Source: Candidatus Latescibacterota bacterium (GTDB lineage Bacteria; Latescibacterota; UBA2968; UBA8231). Taken from it: a DNA stretch of 64,000 bases. Shown here piece after piece: positions 57,311 through 64,000 of this stretch. Position 1 is the first letter of the stretch, and every line of letters starts with the position of its first letter. Location: assembly GCA_965217585.1 (NCBI GenBank), contig OZ244561.1, positions 4,032,001-4,096,000 of the forward strand, given 5' to 3'. The translations under genes and the position numbers were made by a program. The notes under the pieces were generated by a model. That model worked only from the letters and a program-made list of their open reading frames with translations. It had not been told where the DNA came from and did not search any database.

Positions 57311-58579
57311 ATGCACGTCGATCTGCAACAATTCCGCCGCGAAGGCTATCTGATCTTGCGCAACGTCGTGCCGCCCGAGCGGTTGGGTGCGATGCGGCTC
57401 GCCATCGAGCAGATGGTGGATCAGGAAAAGGCGCGCTCGGCGGCCGCACGCCAACCCGGCGACCCGCTCGGCGGTGCTTGGTACGAAAGCGCCCAACCGC
57501 GACTGACCATGAATTCGATTGATGCCGAGACCGCCGATGTCATCGACTTTTGCCTCGGCGAGACGACCTTGGGCGTCAGCGCCCAACTCATGCAGGCTCC
57601 GGTGACGGCCCTTACCGCCTTTGGTGCGCTGTGCAGCGGGCTGATCGATTATGGATACACGGATTGGCACCGCGACGCGAGCTCGGCTGAGCAGGCACCA
57701 CTCAGCGGCATGCAAGCGGATCTCATGGCCAATTCCCCGGGATATGTGCAGTGGAACATCGCGCTCTACGAAGACGACGTATTCTGGATCCTGCGAGAAA
57801 GCCACAAACAGCCCACCAACGAAGGGCAGCGGCGGCAGCTCATGCTGGATCCCAGAGTACCGCTGGAAGGCGGGATCTCCGTCGAGCTACAGCCCGGCGA
57901 CGGCATCGTCTATCCCAATCTGATGATGCACTGGGGCAGCCAGTACACCAGTCGGCTGCGTCGCACCATCCACCTCGGCTTTCGCTCCTTCGGCAGCCAG
58001 ATTTTCTCGTATCACCACCATCTCGACTGGTATCACGCCGATGGCTTCCTGCAACACCTCTCGCCCGAGACCAAGGCCCACTTTGCCCACTGGGCCAAGT
58101 GCTACGATCGGGAGCAGGACCAGATTGAGGCGACCTTCCGCGCGCTGATTGCCCGCGACGAGCAAAAATTCCGCACCTGCTTGGCCGAGCTACACCCAGG
58201 CGAGTTCGGCCGCATGGTGAGCGTGGTACTGTTGTGCCGGATCGCCAACAAGGTCGTCTTCCTGCACCGGCCGGAAATCGCCCAGATGTCCGTGCAAGAG
58301 CGCAAGCCGTTGATCGATGGCTCACCGCCCGCATCCTACGCCGAGGATATGGCGCAGCGCTTCACCGCCGCCGAAGCCGAGGTCCTGCAAAGCCGCCTTG
58401 CCGCGCTCAACGAGCGGTTGCAGCAAGACGAGGCCCGCGTCCACCAGCATTACAGCGATATATACGCTGACCTCCGGCCCGCAGCCGATCCGCCGAACTT
58501 CGAATCGCGGTCGCTGCGCACCTTCAACAGCGAGATGCCCGAGGGCTTTGGCGTGGACGAATTTGTAGGTACTTGGTAA
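57311..58579 (+). CDS. PhyH-family dioxygenase with C-terminal extension
   Basis: EGYLILRNVV, WHRD, MMHWGS. Confidence 0.75.
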   Translation: MHVDLQQFRREGYLILRNVVPPERLGAMRLAIEQMVDQEKARSAAARQPGDPLGGAWYESAQPRLTMNSIDAETADVIDFCLGETTLGVSAQLMQAPVTALTAFGALCSGLIDYGYTDWHRDASSAEQAPLSGMQADLMANSPGYVQWNIALYEDDVFWILRESHKQPTNEGQRRQLMLDPRVPLEGGISVELQPGDGIVYPNLMMHWGSQYTSRLRRTIHLGFRSFGSQIFSYHHHLDWYHADGFLQHLSPETKAHFAHWAKCYDREQDQIEATFRALIARDEQKFRTCLAELHPGEFGRMVSVVLLCRIANKVVFLHRPEIAQMSVQERKPLIDGSPPASYAEDMAQRFTAAEAEVLQSRLAALNERLQQDEARVHQHYSDIYADLRPAADPPNFESRSLRTFNSEMPEGFGVDEFVGTW

Positions 58580-58593
58580 GGAGGAATAAATAC

Positions 58594-59595
58594 ATGTTGA
58601 AGTTTGCATTCCTAGGCGCTTGGCACAGTCACGCGGCCATGCACGTGCGAGAGGCGGCGGCAAGGCCGGGCGAGGTGGAGCTGGTGGGGATGTACGATGC
58701 CGATCCCGCAGTGATTCAGCAGAATCTGGAGCGGTGGGCGGAATACGGGCTGGACATTCCAGTCTTTGCATCCATAGAGGACGTGTTGCATAGCCAAGCA
58801 GAGGCCGTAGTCGTGGAAGGGCACGTGTATCAGAACCTCGACTATGCCGAGCGGGCGCTCGCCGCCGGTAAGCACGTGTTGTTGGAGAAGCCAGCCGGAG
58901 TCGATCTGGCCCAATTGGAGCGGCTGCACAAGCTCGCCGAGGACGAGGGCTTGATGCTGCAAATGGCCTATATGTGGCGCTACAATCCGGCAGTGGCCGA
59001 GATGCTGCGCTTGGTGCGGGAAGGCTGCCTGGGGCAGGTGTTTATGTATCGCGGGCACATTCCCAAGCCGATTGGCTGGCACAAGCAGCTATACGGGGAG
59101 TTTACCGCTTATTACGGCGGCGTTTACTTCGAGATGGCCGGGCACTTGGTGGATTTAATGGTGGCGATGATGGGCGAGCCAGTGGCTGTCCACGGCGTAT
59201 TGGGCAAGCACTACGGGGAGCGGGCTGAAATCGATAACGCGGTGGTCGTCCACGAGTGTCGGGATGGGATCGGCATCGTGGATACGACCGCCATGCAGAT
59301 CGGCATGGACCGGCGGATCGAGGTCCACGGAACCCAAGGGACCCTGCTGCACGAGCCGATTGGCTCGAACAAGCTGCGCGTCTTCTTGGCTCAGGAGACC
59401 GAGGGATATCAGGCCGGCGAGTGGCAGGACATGGAAATCGATCCAGGGCCGGCCCCGCCGAGCTTGTTGCGGGAGCTAGCCGCGTGCATCCGCGGCGAAA
59501 AGACGCCGGATTTCGCGCTCGCGCACGATCGCGCCGTGCAGCGGACCTTGTTCAAAGGCTGCGGCATAACCGACGGCCATGCCCTGAGGACCTAA
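58594..59595 (+). CDS. Gfo/Idh/MocA family oxidoreductase
   Basis: GKHVLLEKP, YMWRYNP, GGVYFEMAGH; RBS AAGGAGG upstream of ATG 58594. Confidence 0.88.
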   Translation: MLKFAFLGAWHSHAAMHVREAAARPGEVELVGMYDADPAVIQQNLERWAEYGLDIPVFASIEDVLHSQAEAVVVEGHVYQNLDYAERALAAGKHVLLEKPAGVDLAQLERLHKLAEDEGLMLQMAYMWRYNPAVAEMLRLVREGCLGQVFMYRGHIPKPIGWHKQLYGEFTAYYGGVYFEMAGHLVDLMVAMMGEPVAVHGVLGKHYGERAEIDNAVVVHECRDGIGIVDTTAMQIGMDRRIEVHGTQGTLLHEPIGSNKLRVFLAQETEGYQAGEWQDMEIDPGPAPPSLLRELAACIRGEKTPDFALAHDRAVQRTLFKGCGITDGHALRT

Positions 59596-60674
59596 GCGTC
59601 CGCCTCGTACTTCGGCTGCCGCGGCGCGCGATCCCGCTCCAGCCGGTAGGCGCTCCCGTCAAGCGGCAAGTCTACGCGAGCACCGCCGCGCTGGTGCGAC
59701 TCGACAAACGCGAAAATTAGCTCGGTATTAGCCCGCGCCAGTTCCGCGCCGCCGCGCGGAGGCTCGCCCGTATCGAGTGAGTGGACCAAATCCTCGACCA
59801 AGCAAAGCGTCGAAGCCCGGTGCTCGAAAGAGGGAAATTCCACCAAGCCCAATTTATCGCGGCCCCGATGATCCTGTGTTACCGGTGCCCGCAACTGCCA
59901 CTCCCTATCATTGCCCAGCGCCGTCACCACGCCTTTTTCGCAGACGGCCTCCACTTCCAAGCCCCGACCCGAATTGAGCGCGTACGCAGTGACCCCGTTG
60001 GCGAACTGGATGATGCCGTGCCCGACCGGGTCCTCGCGCAGGATATCGCCGTCGATGATCTCGTCGCCATTGGGCAAATGCGCTTGCACCCAAGCGGCAG
60101 GGGCGTCGGAGTTGAGACGCTGGAGCAGATCAAAGCTGTGGCTTGCACCGTTGAAGAGCGCACTGGTCTGGTGGATGATGAGGGTTTGCAACGCGCCGAT
60201 TTCCCCGGAGTCGATGACGGCCTTCATTTGGTCGTAGCCGGGATGGAAGCGGCGATTGGTGCCCATGTTGAGTGCGACATTGTGGCGCTGGCAGGCTTCG
60301 ACCATGCGGTCGGCTTCGGCCAGCGAGGCCGAGAACGCCTTTTCCGCGTAGATCGCACGGGCACCCGCTTCGGTTGCCGCGATGACAATCTCGGCGCGGT
60401 GCTCGGGCTGGGTGGCCACGCTGACGATATCCGGCTTTTCGCGATCGAGCATTTCGCGGTAGTCGGTGTACTGCTTGTCCGGGGGAATGCCGTAGCGCTT
60501 ACCGACCCTTTCCATCACATCGGCGCGCAGGTCCGAACAGGCGACGAGGTCCGTGCGCTCACAAGCCTCGTACCCAGCGGCGTGGGAGTACGGGCGCATC
60601 TCGGCCGGGACTTCGTTGTCGATGAAAGCCCCCATGCGGCTGCAGCCGATGAGAACGGCTTTGTATTGGTCCAT
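59592..60674 (-). CDS. Gfo/Idh/MocA family oxidoreductase
   Basis: LIGCSRMG, PDIVSVAT, IYAEKA, TNRRF; RBS AAGGAGG. Confidence 0.88.
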   Translation of the reverse strand: MDQYKAVLIGCSRMGAFIDNEVPAEMRPYSHAAGYEACERTDLVACSDLRADVMERVGKRYGIPPDKQYTDYREMLDREKPDIVSVATQPEHRAEIVIAATEAGARAIYAEKAFSASLAEADRMVEACQRHNVALNMGTNRRFHPGYDQMKAVIDSGEIGALQTLIIHQTSALFNGASHSFDLLQRLNSDAPAAWVQAHLPNGDEIIDGDILREDPVGHGIIQFANGVTAYALNSGRGLEVEAVCEKGVVTALGNDREWQLRAPVTQDHRGRDKLGLVEFPSFEHRASTLCLVEDLVHSLDTGEPPRGGAELARANTELIFAFVESHQRGGARVDLPLDGSAYRLERDRAPRQPKYEADA

Positions 60675-60685
60675 TTGCTCCTCCT

Positions 60686-62323
60686 TTACCAAAATTTGGC
60701 GACGTTTTCTTCCGCCTTGGTCATCACCTCCAACAGGGCGGCTCGACCTTCGAGATTGGCCGCGAGTGCGCGTTGGATGGCCGGTGCCAAGTCCGGGGGC
60801 GTTTCAACGCGCTCGGAGTGGGCACCGAGGGCCTCGGCTACCTGCGCGTAGTGTCCGCCGAGCTGGTTGCTCTGCCAGTGCTCGCTGGCGTAGGGCATGT
60901 GCTGGTCGTAGTGGGTCATCACGCCGTTGTTGAGCACCACCGTGAGAATGGGAATTTCTGCGCGCACTGCGGTCTCAATGTCGAGGCCCGCCATGCCAAA
61001 AGCCGCATCGCCCATGACGTTGATGACCTGCTTGTCCGGCGCGGCTAACTTGGCCCCCAAGGCCAAGCCCAAACCATAGCCAAGCTGGGTCGATTTTCCC
61101 CAGCCGATGTACCCTCTGGGGACTTGGGGCCGCCAGAACGGCACGAGCTGATCGCGGGGATAGCCCGAGTCGTGGGTGATGATGGTGTTGGGCACATCCA
61201 CGGCGCGGGCGAGTTCGGCGAAGACCCGGTAGGGGTTTATCGGCACCTCGTCCGAGCGGAATCTCGGTGCCCATGCGGCGTTGAACTCAGCGCGGATGGC
61301 CGCGATCTCATCCGCAGTCTCGCGCCCGTCTCCCCGCCCGTCGGCCCCGAGCTGCCGGCGGACTTCCTCAATAATCTGCTCCAGCACGATCCGCGCATCG
61401 CCGATGGCCCCTAAGTCGATCCGGTAGTCCTTATTGAGATCCTCCGCGCAGTTGGTCACCTGCGCCAAGACAGCGCGATCGGGCATGGGGGCGTTGAAGA
61501 CCGATATGGTAAAGCTGGTGCCCACGCCCAAGACGAAGTCGGTCTTTTGCAGGAAGCGATCGACCATCAGCGTGCCGGTGTGGCCGCCGGTGCCCAGCGC
61601 GAGCGGATGGTTTTCGGGAAACGCGCTCTTGCCAGCCAAGGTGGTCATAACGGGCACATTGAGCAGCTCGGCGAGGGCCACGAGCTGATCCGTGGCTTCG
61701 GCCCACAGCACGCCGTGCCCGGCGTTGATGACCGGACATTCGGCCTTGACGAGTGCGGCAACCAAGTCGCGCACCGCATCTGGGTCAGCCCCCGACTTGT
61801 AGGCTTTGACCGGTCGGTAGTCGAGATCACCGGGAAATTCGGCAGTACCTAAATCGGTGGGTATTTCCACCAGCACCGGCCCGGGGCGGCCGTGGGCGAG
61901 CTGGCTAAAGGCTCGGCGTATCAGCTCGGGAATGCGCTCGACTTGGTTGATATTGGCAGCCCATTTGGTGATGCCGCGATAGTTATCCACCGCGTCGAAG
62001 TTGGGCGGCACTTGCGTGCGGGCCGTGGGCGCGCCGCCGGGCAAGAGCAGCAGGGGAATGGAATCAGCGTAGGCCTGGGCCGCGCCACCAAGGGCGTTTT
62101 CAGCCCCCGGCCCGGTCTGCATGGTAAAGACGCCAAAGGGGCGGCCATTGGTCGTGCGGCTAAAGCCGTCGGCCATGTTGACGCCCGTCCGCTCCTGGCG
62201 GCAGATAATGGGCCGGATACCAGCGCGGGCCGCCTCGTCAATCAGCGGCTGGGCGGGAAAAGCCGACAGCCACGCGACGCCTTCGGCCTTGAGGATGTGG
62301 GCAATGGCTTGGTTGCCGTTCAT
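60686..62323 (-). CDS. Thiamine-diphosphate-dependent enzyme (acetolactate-synthase-like family)
   Basis: RQERTGVNMADG, GPGAEN, GRPGPV, MGDAAFGM...LNNG ThDP motif. Confidence 0.9.
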   Translation of the reverse strand: MNGNQAIAHILKAEGVAWLSAFPAQPLIDEAARAGIRPIICRQERTGVNMADGFSRTTNGRPFGVFTMQTGPGAENALGGAAQAYADSIPLLLLPGGAPTARTQVPPNFDAVDNYRGITKWAANINQVERIPELIRRAFSQLAHGRPGPVLVEIPTDLGTAEFPGDLDYRPVKAYKSGADPDAVRDLVAALVKAECPVINAGHGVLWAEATDQLVALAELLNVPVMTTLAGKSAFPENHPLALGTGGHTGTLMVDRFLQKTDFVLGVGTSFTISVFNAPMPDRAVLAQVTNCAEDLNKDYRIDLGAIGDARIVLEQIIEEVRRQLGADGRGDGRETADEIAAIRAEFNAAWAPRFRSDEVPINPYRVFAELARAVDVPNTIITHDSGYPRDQLVPFWRPQVPRGYIGWGKSTQLGYGLGLALGAKLAAPDKQVINVMGDAAFGMAGLDIETAVRAEIPILTVVLNNGVMTHYDQHMPYASEHWQSNQLGGHYAQVAEALGAHSERVETPPDLAPAIQRALAANLEGRAALLEVMTKAEENVAKFW

Positions 62324-62363
62324 GGATGGCGTCCCTTTCCGGGTTGTGTGGTTGGATCAGGAA

Positions 62364-62453
62364 TTTGGTAAGGGCAGGACTACAGAGATTTGGTAAGGAC
62401 AACCCCTGTGGTTGCCTATCGGGGTTTGGTAGGGGCAACCCTCGTGGTTGCCC
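62364..62453. repeat. Cluster of decaying GTAG-type REP elements
   Basis: GTAGGGGCAACCCTCGTGGTTGCCC (62429-62453), GTAAGGACAACCCCTGTGGTTGCC (62393-62416) and a stub at 62368, each preceded by TTTG. Confidence 0.7.
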
Positions 62454-62497
62454 ACCCGCAAAATCTGCATAGAACGTTGGACAGAGACCTAGCTGCG

Positions 62498-63775
62498 TCA
62501 AGAGGCTCGCCGCCCGCGCCCGATACTCCACCAGACGACCAAGGCCTCCACGGTGTGACCGCTGATCAAGGCACCCACGGCCTGGGTTGCACCGTGGAGC
62601 TCGAAATTGGCAAGCAGGGCTAACATCAGCAAGACGGTCGCTACGCGCGACGGAGCACTCGGCGCCATGGCTTGGGTGCGGTGCTGGAGCAGGCCAATGC
62701 CGTGGAAGTAGCTGCGCAGGCTGACGACAAAGGGAAAGCCCGTAAAGAGCAGCAAGGGCACCTTGCAGTCGGCGATCAGCTCGGGGCCAATGCCGATCCA
62801 AGCGCCGAGTATGTAATTGACAGCCGGCGTCCAAAACAGCAGCACCATCCATGCACAGGAAAACAGGCAACAGCCCCAGCAGAAGCGGCGGATCTTGGCC
62901 AAATCTCCTTCTTGACGGAAGGCCGTCGGCAGGTTGCGCAGTTCGTTGAGCCAGCCATAGGGGATGTGGCCGAGCGCATAGACGATGGTCAGCACGGCCA
63001 GCGCTTCGGTGCCGTCGGCACTGCGAGCGACGAACACGTTGATCAGCGGCCGAGTGCCGGCTTGCACGGCCATGATCAGCGCCAAGGGCCAGAAGAACCG
63101 CAGGACATAGAAATAGGTCAGAGCCGGCGCGTTGGCTGGCGCAGGCCAGCGCACCAAGCGCCAGCGGCCCCACGCGACCACGCCAAGCTCGGTGAGAGCA
63201 CCCGTGTACGTGGCGAGGACCGGCAGTAAAATGGGGGTCTGGCGGACGAAGCCGAGCGGCAGCAGCGCAAAGACCGCGAGGATGCTGAGGGCGATTCCAG
63301 TAGTGGTGGCGTACGCGGGGATGTCGGTGCGGCGGACGCGGATGAGTTCGCCGCTGTAAAAGCGCGTCATCCCGTGCAGGACGGGGAAGGGAACGAGCCA
63401 CAACAGGGCCAAGCGCACTGCCTCCCCGAGTGCGGGATCGACCCCGTGCAGGTCGTTGATAATCCAAGCCCCCAAAGGCGTCAGCGCCAAGCTCGCTAAG
63501 ATGCCGGCCAATAGCAGCCCGGCGGCGAGCACGAAGCGGAAGCAGACTCGGTAGCCTTGGGTGTGCTCGACGAGGACCAAGCCGAGCTGCCGCACTTGAG
63601 ACAGGGTGCCGGCGAGGAATAGAGCCAAGCCAAAGGCCAAGCCAAAGGCGGCCAGCGTTTCGACCGCCCGCGGCATGCGCGCCATGCCGCCGTTGAGGAA
63701 CTGGCCGCTGAGCTCTTGCACCAGCGCCGTCACCACCAAGGGCAACATGAAGCGGGTTAGCTGGGCATAGCTCAT
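62498..63775 (-). CDS. MATE/MOP-like multi-pass membrane transporter
   Basis: About 12 hydrophobic helices in two similar halves (RFMLPL / RFFWPL). Confidence 0.65.
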   Translation of the reverse strand: MSYAQLTRFMLPLVVTALVQELSGQFLNGGMARMPRAVETLAAFGLAFGLALFLAGTLSQVRQLGLVLVEHTQGYRVCFRFVLAAGLLLAGILASLALTPLGAWIINDLHGVDPALGEAVRLALLWLVPFPVLHGMTRFYSGELIRVRRTDIPAYATTTGIALSILAVFALLPLGFVRQTPILLPVLATYTGALTELGVVAWGRWRLVRWPAPANAPALTYFYVLRFFWPLALIMAVQAGTRPLINVFVARSADGTEALAVLTIVYALGHIPYGWLNELRNLPTAFRQEGDLAKIRRFCWGCCLFSCAWMVLLFWTPAVNYILGAWIGIGPELIADCKVPLLLFTGFPFVVSLRSYFHGIGLLQHRTQAMAPSAPSRVATVLLMLALLANFELHGATQAVGALISGHTVEALVVWWSIGRGRRAS

Positions 63776-64000
63776 GCCCGGACGATCTGTCCGGCGCGGC
63801 TGTCGGCTATTTCTCCTTGTTCAACGGCGATCCGCCCATTGACGATTACGCAGTCGATGCCCTGCGGATAGCGGTAGGGGTCGGCAAAGTCGGCGCACTC
63901 GCCGATGGCTGCTGGATCGAAGACCACGAGGTCGGCCCAGTAGCCTTCGCGCAAGAGGCCGCGCGCGCCCAAGCGGAAGCGGGCGGCGGGGTGGCCGGTG
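63772..64000 (-). CDS. 3' end of an N-acyl-D-amino-acid deacylase / amidohydrolase
   Basis: RGLLREGYWADLVVFDP...GIDCVIVNG...RAGQ; the frame continues off the right edge. Confidence 0.8.
   Translation of the reverse strand, partial: TGHPAARFRLGARGLLREGYWADLVVFDPAAIGECADFADPYRYPQGIDCVIVNGRIAVEQGEIADSRAGQIVRA

Noticed and set aside
59781-60851. Long antisense ORFs (356 aa here; also 34820-35734, 45101-45922) and the alternative-frame ORF 62238-63467
   Set aside because: Expected in high-GC coding DNA; they overlap well-supported genes and show no motifs.

Overview
Bacterial, GC-rich genomic window. The gene content (three PhyH-family dioxygenases, a sulfatase, three Gfo/Idh/MocA oxidoreductases, an ankyrin protein and a secreted protein ending in an SWGxxK motif) suggests a marine, possibly sponge-associated, Latescibacterota-like organism; that assignment is inference. 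The backbone carries metabolic genes (nadC, aspC, folA, lgt), an MCE/Mla-type lipid transport operon and an ElbD-like FAR-adenylation-ACP-acyltransferase multidomain enzyme. Two visibly AT-richer accessory regions stand out. (1) About 6.0-21.1 kb holds two diverged tandem versions of one locus (phosphoesterase 3' end - epimerase - cargo - MNT - HEPN). One carries a four-gene Druantia-type anti-phage operon whose DruE helicase ends in an in-frame antitoxin-like tail and is translationally coupled to an intact PIN/VapC toxin; this is the most novel signal. (2) About 47.5-53.9 kb is bounded by two toxin-less UPF0175 genes and holds an ankyrin protein, an MmeI-type RM remnant and a Dsr1-like sirtuin. 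An IS5-family (IS1031-like) element interrupts a dioxygenase gene, and several REP-like palindromes and short tandem duplications sit at gene boundaries. I recognised no rRNA, tRNA, CRISPR array or integrase. All family calls come from motif recognition by eye, not database searches.
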